A stretch of DNA of 29,813 nucleotides, from NCBI GenBank assembly GCA_964201505.1, contig CAXNEN010000001.1, positions 1 to 29,813 on the forward strand, given 5' to 3'. A model generated the notes under the pieces. The model made no database searches and was not told where the DNA came from. It was given only the letters and a program-made list of their open reading frames with translations. A program made the translations under genes and the position numbers. Below, one piece after another: positions 16,857 through 24,335 of this stretch. Within the stretch, counting starts at the first letter, position 1; each line of letters begins with the position of its first letter. This stretch comes from Opitutales bacterium (lineage in GTDB: Bacteria > Verrucomicrobiota > Verrucomicrobiia > Opitutales > UBA953).

Positions 16857-18872
16857 TTGCGGCAGCTTATCCAGCATCTGGGCTCGGGTCACACCGAGCT
16901 CCTTGCCGTCCCCGCCCCGGGGCCGCGCAGCGGCCGCCTGCTCGTCCGCGCGACGCGCTCGCTGGTCTCCCTCGGCACCGAACGGATGCTGGTCGAGTTC
17001 GGCCGCGGCGGCTGGCTAAGCAAAGCCCGTCAGCAGCCGGAAAAATTCCGCGCGGTGCTTGCGAAGGTCCGCGCTGAAGGCCTCTTCGCTACCGTCGCTG
17101 CGGTTCGCAGCAAGCTCGCCCAGCCTATCCCGCTTGGCTACTGCCACGTCGGCCAAGTCCTCGATGCGGGCGACGTCCCCGGCTTCGCTGGCGGCGACCG
17201 CGTGGTCTCCAATGCTCCACACGCTGAAGTAGTCTCGGCCTCGCCCGCCTTTGCGGCGCGCATCCCGGCGGCGGTCTCCGACGAGCAGGCCAGTTTCACG
17301 CCGCTTGCCGCCGTCGCGCTCCAAGGGCTCCGCCTGCTCGCTGTCCAACCGGGTGAGACGGTTGTGGTGATGGGGCTCGGCCTTCTCGGCCAGCTTGCCG
17401 TCCGTCTGCTCCGTGCCCGCGGAGTCCATGTCGTCGGCATTGATCCTGATTCCGCGAAGTGCGCCACGGCTGCCTTGGCTGGCGCGGTCATCTGGTCACC
17501 CCCCGCTCCACTTCCGGCGATTTTGGCCGCCGGCGCCGCCGGGGTACTCATCACGGCCAGTACTTCCTCCGACGAACCAGTTAACCTGGCCGCCCGTCTC
17601 TGCCGTCGCCGCGGCCGCGTGGTGCTCGTGGGCGTCACGGGCCTCACGCTCAATCGAGCGGACTTCTACCAGAACGAGGTTTCCTTTCAGGTCTCGCGCT
17701 CCTACGGCTCCGCCGATCCGGCCGATCGTTCTTCGGCCCGCGCCAATTTCGACGAGGTCCTCGCGCTCCTAGCGTCCGGCGCGCTCGATGTCGCCCCCTT
17801 ACTGACGTCACGTCATACGTTCGATGAGGCGCCGAAGATCTATGATGACCTGCGTCGGCCCGGCGCCTACGGACTGCTCATCGAGTACGCCGTCTCGAAC
17901 GAATCCCTCGTGCGCACTTTACCTGGCTTAGATTGGGATAGCCGGACCACCGGCGGGGTCGGCGTCATCGGCTGCGGGAACTTCGCCGCCCGCGTCCTCG
18001 TGCCAGAGCTCCGTCGCCAAGGCGTATCGCCTTCGGTCTTCGCTTCGGCTAACGGCCTTTCGGCCAAGCTTCTCGCCGGAGCGGCCGCTGCCTTAACGAC
18101 CGATACTTTCGCGCTACTTGACCACCCGGGGGTCTCCACCGTCTTCATCGCGACCCGACATGATGAGCATGGTGCACTTGCCCGGTCGGCGCTGGTCTCC
18201 GGTAAATCTAGCTGGGTCGAAAAACCGCTCGCGCTCACCGAAGTGGACCTCGCTGCGACCATGGCGGTCGCGCGTTCTTCCTCCGGCCTCCTCGCCGTCG
18301 GCTTCAACCGTCGCTTCGCCCCGCTCGCGCTCCGTCTCCGCGCCGCGCTCGCCGCCCGCCAGGGCGCTCGCCGCTTCACCGTCGACGTGAACGCCGGTCG
18401 TCTGCCTCCTGACCATTGGACGCTCGACCCGAAGCAGGGCGGGGGACGAATCGTCGGCGAGGCCTGTCACTTCGTGGACCTGCTGCGCTTTCTCTCCGGC
18501 AGCGCCATCGTCTCCGTCCGCGCCATGTCGCGCGACGTCGATGGTCAGGACGGCGGCTGCTTCGAACTGAGTTTCGCCAACGCCGATCTCGCCGTTCTCA
18601 ACTACCGTACCGACCAACCGGCTCATCTGCCCAAGGAGCGCATCGCGGTCGAAGGCGAAGGCTGGTCGGCCGAGATCGACAACTGGAAATCTTTGCGGTC
18701 GCAGAACCTCCCCGGCGCCTCTGCATTGCCTGCCTGGCTCGGCGGCCCCGCCCGCGGTAAAGGCCATGCCGAAGCCCTCGCCGCTTTCCTTGTCGGTACG
18801 TCCGTCCCCCTCGCCGAGATCGAAGAAGTCTCTCGCTGGAGTATTCGGATGCAGGGGATGGTGCGAAGCTAG
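16857..18872 (+). CDS. Bi-domain oxidoreductase (Zn-ADH-like + Gfo/Idh/MocA)
   Basis: TTG start 2 nt after the upstream stop; SLVSLGTERML, PLGY, GLGLLGQ, QVSRSYG in the N-domain; VIGCGNFA, ATRHDEH, WVEKPLA, VGFNRRFAP, GGRIVGEACHFVD in the C-domain. Confidence 0.9.
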   Translation: MRQLIQHLGSGHTELLAVPAPGPRSGRLLVRATRSLVSLGTERMLVEFGRGGWLSKARQQPEKFRAVLAKVRAEGLFATVAAVRSKLAQPIPLGYCHVGQVLDAGDVPGFAGGDRVVSNAPHAEVVSASPAFAARIPAAVSDEQASFTPLAAVALQGLRLLAVQPGETVVVMGLGLLGQLAVRLLRARGVHVVGIDPDSAKCATAALAGAVIWSPPAPLPAILAAGAAGVLITASTSSDEPVNLAARLCRRRGRVVLVGVTGLTLNRADFYQNEVSFQVSRSYGSADPADRSSARANFDEVLALLASGALDVAPLLTSRHTFDEAPKIYDDLRRPGAYGLLIEYAVSNESLVRTLPGLDWDSRTTGGVGVIGCGNFAARVLVPELRRQGVSPSVFASANGLSAKLLAGAAAALTTDTFALLDHPGVSTVFIATRHDEHGALARSALVSGKSSWVEKPLALTEVDLAATMAVARSSSGLLAVGFNRRFAPLALRLRAALAARQGARRFTVDVNAGRLPPDHWTLDPKQGGGRIVGEACHFVDLLRFLSGSAIVSVRAMSRDVDGQDGGCFELSFANADLAVLNYRTDQPAHLPKERIAVEGEGWSAEIDNWKSLRSQNLPGASALPAWLGGPARGKGHAEALAAFLVGTSVPLAEIEEVSRWSIRMQGMVRS

Positions 18873-18903
18873 AGGCCCGGAGGCCCAGAGGCCCCGTTGA
18901 CCA
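18872..18903 (+). repeat. Octamer array Z starting within the stop codon
   Basis: TA-gaggcccg gaggccca gaggcccc gttgacca. Confidence 0.8.
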
Positions 18904-18915
18904 GAGGAAATATAG

Positions 18916-19063
18916 TTTCGGGTCCCAGGTCTCGGCCCCCAGGTCTCAGGTACGGGTTATCAGGTGCAGGTGCGGGTGCGGGGGTAAAATTCAGATCCTG
19001 AACCTGTACCCGAACCTGAACCTCTGAACCTAGCTCCCGACGGCCGAGACCCGAGACCTGAAA
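18916..19063 (+). repeat. 148-bp hairpin element B, copy 2
   Basis: Aligns base for base with copy 1 (TTTCGGGTCCCAGGTCTCGGCC...GGCCGAGACCCGAGACCTGAAA). Confidence 0.85.
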
Positions 19064-19075
19064 AGTATGTCCCCA

Positions 19076-19106
19076 CCCAGTCATCTGATCTCCGGTCCCC
19101 CTTTAG
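19076..19106 (+). repeat. Conserved intergenic C-motif, copy 4 (diverged)
   Basis: CCCAGTCATCTGATCTCCGGTCCCCCTTTAG, in the same position relative to element B and module D as in the fcl-kdsB gap. Confidence 0.7.
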
Positions 19107-19213
19107 TTACGCCGTCTGCCTCCCTTGCCCACTAATCAACTTGTCAACCGGCCAGCTAGTGTTCCCCTCCGGCCCTCGTGCCCTCCCTTCAGCCCCTCCA
19201 TTCCTCGATTCCC

Positions 19214-20437
19214 ATGCCCTCCCTCTGCGTCCTCGGCCTCGGCTACATTGGCCTTCCGACCGCGTCCATCTTCGCGACGAAGGGACGCCGCGTCCTCGGT
19301 GTCGACGTCTCGGCGTCGGTCGTTGAGACGATCAACAGCGGCCGCATTCATATCCAGGAGCCGGACCTCGACGTGCTTGTGCGCGCCGCGGTGCAATCGG
19401 GCAACTTGAAGGCCGCCACCACGCCAGCCGCCGCCGATGTCTTTATCCTCGCGGTCCCGACGCCTTTCTTCGCCTCGGCCGATGGCGCCCGTGTGCCGGA
19501 CCTGTCGTTCGTCGAGGCCGCGACCCGCTCGATCGCTCCTTTCGTCGCCGCCGGCAACCTGATCGTCCTCGAGTCCACTTCACCCGTCGGCACGACCGAG
19601 AAGGTGAAAGGCTGGCTCGAGGCCGAACTTGCGAAACTTGGTCGTAAGGCCGACGGCCTACTCTACGCCCATTGCCCTGAGCGCATCCTGCCCGGCCAGA
19701 TGCTCAAGGAACTCGTCTCCAATGATCGCATCTGCGGAGGCCTCACGCCAGCCGCCGCCGAGAAGGCCCGCGACCTCTACGCGACGTTCTGTACGGCGCA
19801 GATCTTCCTGACCGACGCCCGCACGGCCGAATTAGCGAAGCTGACCGAGAACGCTTACCGCGACGTCAACATCGCCTTTGCCAACGAGCTCTCGCTGATC
19901 TGCGATAAGCTCTCGATCGATGTCTGGGAACTCATCCGCTTGGCCAACCGCCATCCGCGCGTGAAGATTCTCCAGCCAGGCCCCGGGGTCGGCGGACACT
20001 GTATCGCGGTCGACCCCTGGTTCATCGTCGACGCCGCTCCGGCCGAAGCCCGCCTTTTGCGCACCGCCCGCGAGGTCAACGACTCGAAGCCGCATCACGT
20101 CATCGCCCAGGTCCGTGCCGCGGCGGGCAAGGACGCCGTCGTCGCCTGCCTTGGCCTCGCCTTCAAGGCGAACGTCGACGACCTCCGCGAATCTCCCGCC
20201 GTCGAGATTGCCGCGCATCTCGCGGACGCCGGTCTGAAGGTACTCGCCGTCGAGCCGCACGTCACCGCGCTACCGAAGGCGCTGCAGGGCAGGGCGGAAC
20301 TCGTTTCGCTCGCCGACGCGCTGGCCCGCGCCTCCGTCGTTGTCCTCCTTGTCGATCACCGCGCCTTCGCCGGTCTCACCCTTGCCCAGCTCTCCGGCAA
20401 GAAATTGATTGATACGCGGGGAGTGGTTCGGGCCTGA
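19214..20437 (+). CDS. wecC: UDP-N-acetyl-D-mannosamine dehydrogenase
   Basis: VLGLGYIGLPTA, IHIQEPDL, AVPTPF, ESTSPVGTT, CPERILPG, AELAKLTENAYRDVNIAFANEL, GPGVGGHCIAVDPWF, GLAFKANVDDLRESP. ATG 19214 preferred over GTG 19178. Confidence 0.92.
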   Translation: MPSLCVLGLGYIGLPTASIFATKGRRVLGVDVSASVVETINSGRIHIQEPDLDVLVRAAVQSGNLKAATTPAAADVFILAVPTPFFASADGARVPDLSFVEAATRSIAPFVAAGNLIVLESTSPVGTTEKVKGWLEAELAKLGRKADGLLYAHCPERILPGQMLKELVSNDRICGGLTPAAAEKARDLYATFCTAQIFLTDARTAELAKLTENAYRDVNIAFANELSLICDKLSIDVWELIRLANRHPRVKILQPGPGVGGHCIAVDPWFIVDAAPAEARLLRTAREVNDSKPHHVIAQVRAAAGKDAVVACLGLAFKANVDDLRESPAVEIAAHLADAGLKVLAVEPHVTALPKALQGRAELVSLADALARASVVVLLVDHRAFAGLTLAQLSGKKLIDTRGVVRA

Positions 20438-20498
20438 AGGCCCGACCATGCCGAGTTGACCCGTTGACCCGTTGGCAAGTTGACAAGGAATGCAATGG

Positions 20499-20522
20499 GT
20501 AGGGTCGGGACCGCGTCACGAC
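20499..20522 (+). repeat. Extra degenerate GTAG-REP in tandem upstream of doublet copy 2
   Basis: GTAG-G-GTCGGGAC-CGC-GTCACGAC (8-bp stem, one mismatch). Confidence 0.6.
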
Positions 20523-20535
20523 AGTGCTGCCTTGG

Positions 20536-20658
20536 GTAGGGACGTGATTGCCATCACGTCCGTTCGCCAAGCGACTCTGTCGCCTGTGCGACTTAGCTAA
20601 GACCCGACAACTTCGCGCCCTCGGTCCCGAACGGCGGCGATGGCAATCGCCGCCCTAC
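20536..20658. repeat. GTAG-REP doublet, 123 bp, copy 2
   Basis: Same arms as copy 1 (right loop GGCA), 60-bp homologous spacer. Confidence 0.88.
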
Positions 20659-20665
20659 CAAAAGC

Positions 20666-20706
20666 CCCAGCCAATCATCCGGTCTCCGGTTCCCCTTTGA
20701 GTTAAG
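20666..20706 (+). repeat. Conserved intergenic C-motif, copy 5
   Basis: CCCAGCCAATCATCCGGTCTCCGGTTCCCCTTTGAGTTAAG, 41 of 41 identical to 24241-24281. Confidence 0.92.
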
Positions 20707-20735
20707 CCCACTTGTCCCCTTGCCCACGTGCCAGC

Positions 20736-22682
20736 GTGTCCCCTCGTCCAGTGCTCCTTCCTCTCCTCCATCTCCTCGGACCGCGTTGGCTCGCCCGTCG
20801 CGTTTGCTGGGCGTGCGAGCGCAGGCTGGGAGTTTGGGAATGGCACTCGCCGATGCGGCCATGGAAGGATTTCGCAAAAGAGTTCTACCCTGCCGCCTGG
20901 CGTAAGTCCGCGCCGCGCCTGCCGATCGCGAACCTCGATCGGGCCCACCTCGCGCCGCCGCTCGAAGCCTGGTCCGTCGAATCCGGCTGCGCTCCGACCG
21001 CGGAAGCGGCCGCCTTCGCCCGCGGTTGCGCGCGCGTTTTCTCCCATCGCTTGGTCGAAGTCGGTCGCCCCGATCGCTGGACGTGCAGCGTCCTCACCGG
21101 GCATTCGACTGATCCTTACAAGCACTGGTCCCGGCTCCGTGACACGGACTCCGACGATATCAAGGGCGTTTGGGAGCTCTCCCGCTTCTCGTGGGCCTAC
21201 GCTCTCGTTCGTGCTTGGCTGCGCGATGGGGACGAACGTCATGCCGAACTTTTCTGGGCGACGCTCGAGGATTGGATGGCGCGTAATCCGCCCAACCGCG
21301 GCCCAAACTGGATGTGCGGGCAGGAAGCAGCCTTTCGCCTAATCGCCGTCACCTTCGCCGTTCAGGCCTTCCGCGATCACCCGTCTTCGACCGATGCGCG
21401 TCTGACGCTTGCGGCCCGCTTGGCCGACGCCACGGGTCGCCGCATCCGCTTCCACCTAGATTACGCGCTTTCGCAGCAGAACAACCACGGCATCGCCGAG
21501 GCTATTGGGCTACAGACCGCCGACGTGTTCTGGGCGGCGCCCTATTCTCCAACGCGGCGATACTTTGCAGGGGTGAGTGAGCTCACGGAGCAGTGCCGCG
21601 AGCTTATCGGCCCCGACGGCGGCTTCAGCCAGCATTCCTCAAACTACCATCGGCTGTTGTTGCAATTACTCACTTGGTCGGAAGTAACCGCGCGCTCCGT
21701 CGGTGATACCTTGCCCGAAGTAGTCCGAGACAAGGCCGCCGTCGCGACCGACTTCCTTGCCACGTTGATGGAGGCGGACGGTACCGTCCCGCGCTTCGGT
21801 GCCGATGACGGCGCAAACCTCTTGCCGTTGAGCGGATGCGGGTTCGAAGACTTCCGCCCAGCGATCGGTGCCGCCCTCGCGCTCTTCAAAGGTGAACGCC
21901 TTGCGGCGGGTCCGTGGGATGAGGCAGCCCTCCTCCTGCTGGGGCCTGTCTCCGCGAGCGCCAACCCCGCATTGCGCCCCCCCGCCGAGTTCCGTGATGC
22001 CGGCGTCTTCCAGCTCCGCCATCCGCGTGGGACGCTCTTCTTCCGGGCACCGACGGAATTCCGTACGCGCCCCTCCCATGCCGATCAGCTGCATGTCTCG
22101 CTCCGTTGGGATGGAGAGTGGATTACCGAAGATCCGGGTACCTATTCTTATAACGCCCCCGGAGGATGGGATGGTTTCGCCGGATCCCGCTTCCATAATC
22201 TTGTCTCGGTCGGGGAGTTCGACTCCATGCGTCGAATCGGCCGCTTCCTCTGGCTTCCCTGGGTCGGTTGCGAGTTGCGCTGGCAGTTTGATGGCGTCGC
22301 TGCCTCGCATCTCGGCTTCCCGGGCTTCAAGTCCCAGCGGCGCGTCGTCAAGGTCGCGAATGGCTTTGTGATCATCGATCGACTAACAGGCCTCCTGAAG
22401 CAAGACGGTCGCTTCACCTTACGTTGGCACGGGCGCACCCGCGAAGGCCTCGAGCAATTGACCGTCGCCTGTTCCGCGCCCTCGACGGAAGAATTTGTCA
22501 CCGCTTTACCCGACGCGGGGGAAGGGTGGCACTCGACGCACTATGGATCAAAAGACCCCTCCTGGTGTCGCCGCATCTCCGCCCTGGGCCATGACGTTAC
22601 TTTCGTCACCGCGCTCGGCTGTTCTCTGCGCCTTGAAGCCCACAGTTTTTTTGTCGACGGCGAAGAGTATCCGCTCGAGTGA
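20736..22682 (+). CDS. Heparinase II/III family protein (polysaccharide lyase-like)
   Basis: DIKGVWELSRFSW, NPPNRGPNWMCGQE, SQQNNH.IAE, DGGFSQHSSNYHR, PRFGADDG, HADQLH, DPGTYSY, HNLV. GTG 20736 chosen; the exact start is uncertain (20712-20751). Confidence 0.85.
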   Translation: MSPRPVLLPLLHLLGPRWLARRVCWACERRLGVWEWHSPMRPWKDFAKEFYPAAWRKSAPRLPIANLDRAHLAPPLEAWSVESGCAPTAEAAAFARGCARVFSHRLVEVGRPDRWTCSVLTGHSTDPYKHWSRLRDTDSDDIKGVWELSRFSWAYALVRAWLRDGDERHAELFWATLEDWMARNPPNRGPNWMCGQEAAFRLIAVTFAVQAFRDHPSSTDARLTLAARLADATGRRIRFHLDYALSQQNNHGIAEAIGLQTADVFWAAPYSPTRRYFAGVSELTEQCRELIGPDGGFSQHSSNYHRLLLQLLTWSEVTARSVGDTLPEVVRDKAAVATDFLATLMEADGTVPRFGADDGANLLPLSGCGFEDFRPAIGAALALFKGERLAAGPWDEAALLLLGPVSASANPALRPPAEFRDAGVFQLRHPRGTLFFRAPTEFRTRPSHADQLHVSLRWDGEWITEDPGTYSYNAPGGWDGFAGSRFHNLVSVGEFDSMRRIGRFLWLPWVGCELRWQFDGVAASHLGFPGFKSQRRVVKVANGFVIIDRLTGLLKQDGRFTLRWHGRTREGLEQLTVACSAPSTEEFVTALPDAGEGWHSTHYGSKDPSWCRRISALGHDVTFVTALGCSLRLEAHSFFVDGEEYPLE

Positions 22683-22698
22683 AGACACGAGCGATCGA

Positions 22699-22726
22699 GA
22701 GTATGGAGTATTGAGTATGGAGTATC
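22699..22726 (+). repeat. Heptamer array V (GAGTATK x4) with inverted partner at 22837-22856
   Basis: gagtatg gagtatt gagtatg gagtatc ... tatactc atactcc atactc. Confidence 0.85.
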
Positions 22727-22745
22727 GGGGGAGTGCTTGCCTTGG

Positions 22746-22807
22746 GTAGGGATGCGATGACATCGCATCCGTCAGCCACCAAGAAGGACGCGATAGTGAT
22801 CACGTCC
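22746..22807. repeat. Degenerate short REP doublet
   Basis: GTAG-GGATGCGAT-GAC-ATCGCATCC, 15-bp gap, GGACGCGAT-AGTG-ATCACGTCC lacking the CTAC foot. Confidence 0.7.
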
Positions 22808-22870
22808 CGGCCTTAATACGGTCTCCTGCCTCTTCCTATACTCATACTCCATACTCGACACTCTCGTATT

Positions 22871-22915
22871 TCCGCTTGTCCCCGTGCCCCCGTGCCAGCT
22901 TGCCCCCTAAACTAA
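22871..22915 (+). repeat. Octamer leader array Y abutting the wecB start
   Basis: tccgcttg tccccgtg cccccgtg ccagcttg ccccctaa actaa ATG. Confidence 0.85.
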
Positions 22916-24067
22916 ATGCCCTCCCTCGCCCTCATCGTCGGTACGCGCCCCGAGTGCATTAAGCTCGCGCCGGTGTTCGCCGAGTTGCGTCGTGCCGGCA
23001 AGGTGCGTCCGCTGCTCGTCTCGACCGGCCAGCATCGCGAACTGCTCGATCAGGCGTTGGGCTCTTTCGGCCTCAAGCCCGATGTCGACCTCGGCCTGAT
23101 GCAGCCTGGCCAATCGTTGCCGGAGCTTTCGAGCCGCGTGCTGACTAGCATGTCCGCCTGGCTCGCCGACGCGAAGCCATCGGCTATCCTTGTACAGGGC
23201 GACACTACCACGGTGTTGGGCTCGGCGATGGCTGCCTTCTACGCGGGCATTCCGGTCGGACACGTCGAAGCCGGCTTACGCACGGATGACCTACGCTCGC
23301 CGTTCCCGGAAGAGATGAACCGCCGCGTGACCTCTACGCTCGCTCGCTGGCATTTCTGCCCGACCGAACTGGCCAAGGCCAATCTCCTGCGCGAAGGCAT
23401 TCCCGCGGCCCACTGCCACGTCACCGGCAATACGGTCATCGACGCTCTGCTCTCCACCCGTGCGCGGATTGGCGGCATCGAGGCCGCCGCCGTCGGCGCC
23501 CGCCTCGGTATCGCCCCCGCGTTCGTCGCCTCGCATCTCGCGGCGCCGAAATCCCGCTGGATCTTAGTCACCGGACATCGTCGCGAGTCGTTCGGCCCCG
23601 GTTTCGAGAATCTGTGCCGTGGCATCCGTCAGCTGGTTGATGCCCACCCCGATCTCGGCGTTGTCTACCCCGTCCATCTCAACCCACAGGTCCAGGAGCC
23701 GGTCCGTCGCCTTCTCGGTGGTCATCCGCGTATCGCGCTCGCCGCTCCGGCGGCCTACGAGGATTTCATCTGGCTGATGGATCGTTCGGCTTTCGTATTG
23801 ACCGATTCTGGCGGCGTGCAGGAAGAAGCCCCTTCGCTCGGCAAGCCCGTGCTCGTCATGCGCGACAACACGGAACGCCCCGAAGGACTGGCCGCTGGTA
23901 CAAGTGAGCTCGTCGGTACGGACGCCGCCCGTATTTTCGCCGCCGCGACACGCTTACTTACCGACCCCGCCGAATACGCTCGTCGGTCCCAGCTTCGTAA
24001 TCCTTACGGTGACGGCACCGCGGCTGTGAAGATTGCGCGGCTGATGGAGTCGGAATTGCACGATTAG
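22916..24067 (+). CDS. wecB: UDP-N-acetylglucosamine 2-epimerase (non-hydrolysing)
   Basis: VGTRPECIKLAP, STGQHRE, VQGDTTT, HVEAGLRT, SPFPEEMNR, TGNTVIDAL, TGHRRE, YPVHLNP, TDSGGVQEEAPSLGKPVLVMRDNTERPE, PYGDG. Confidence 0.96.
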   Translation: MPSLALIVGTRPECIKLAPVFAELRRAGKVRPLLVSTGQHRELLDQALGSFGLKPDVDLGLMQPGQSLPELSSRVLTSMSAWLADAKPSAILVQGDTTTVLGSAMAAFYAGIPVGHVEAGLRTDDLRSPFPEEMNRRVTSTLARWHFCPTELAKANLLREGIPAAHCHVTGNTVIDALLSTRARIGGIEAAAVGARLGIAPAFVASHLAAPKSRWILVTGHRRESFGPGFENLCRGIRQLVDAHPDLGVVYPVHLNPQVQEPVRRLLGGHPRIALAAPAAYEDFIWLMDRSAFVLTDSGGVQEEAPSLGKPVLVMRDNTERPEGLAAGTSELVGTDAARIFAAATRLLTDPAEYARRSQLRNPYGDGTAAVKIARLMESELHD

Positions 24068-24098
24068 TTGACCCGTTGAAAAGTTGGCAAGTTGACAA
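24067..24098 (+). repeat. Octamer array X starting within the wecB stop codon
   Basis: TA-gttgaccc gttgaaaa gttggcaa gttgacaa; a matching array lies at about 20455-20486. Confidence 0.8.
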
Positions 24099-24110
24099 GG
24101 GATGCAATGG

Positions 24111-24233
24111 GTAGGGACGTGATTGCCATCACGTCCGTTCGCCAAGAGACTTGGTTGTCTGTGCGACTTAGCTAAGACACAATAACTTCGCGACTTAGGG
24201 CTCGAACGGCGGCGATGGCAATCGCCGCCCTAC
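24111..24233. repeat. GTAG-REP doublet, 123 bp, copy 3
   Basis: Arms identical to copy 2 between the GTAG and CTAC feet; 60-bp spacer homologous to copy 2. Confidence 0.88.
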
Positions 24234-24240
24234 CCATAAA

Positions 24241-24281
24241 CCCAGCCAATCATCCGGTCTCCGGTTCCCCTTTGAGTTAAG
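24241..24281 (+). repeat. Conserved intergenic C-motif, copy 6
   Basis: Identical to 20666-20706. Confidence 0.92.
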
Positions 24282-24290
24282 TTGGTTTGC

Positions 24291-24335
24291 TCCCCTTGCC
24301 CCCGTGCCCACGTGCCAGCTTGTCCCCTAAACTAA
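24291..24335 (+). repeat. Octamer leader array Y abutting the GT4 start
   Basis: tccccttg cccccgtg cccacgtg ccagcttg tcccctaa actaa TTG. Confidence 0.85.

Noticed and set aside
14964-21242. Antisense micro-ORFs starting at GGAG-N5-ATG ATT GGC TGG in the reverse complement of the C-motif
   Set aside because: Downstream peptides differ in frame, length and sequence between copies (e.g. MIGWGFW-stop versus a 41-aa read-through), so there is no coding constraint.
20536-24114. GGGTAGGG at REP feet as additional ops sites
   Set aside because: They lack the GCGGTAG-nn-TG pattern and are fully explained as REP GTAG feet.
14946-24281. CRISPR array (repeat - 60-bp spacer - repeat)
   Set aside because: The repeats are inverted pairs, the units are kilobases apart, the spacers are homologous to each other, and no cas genes are present.
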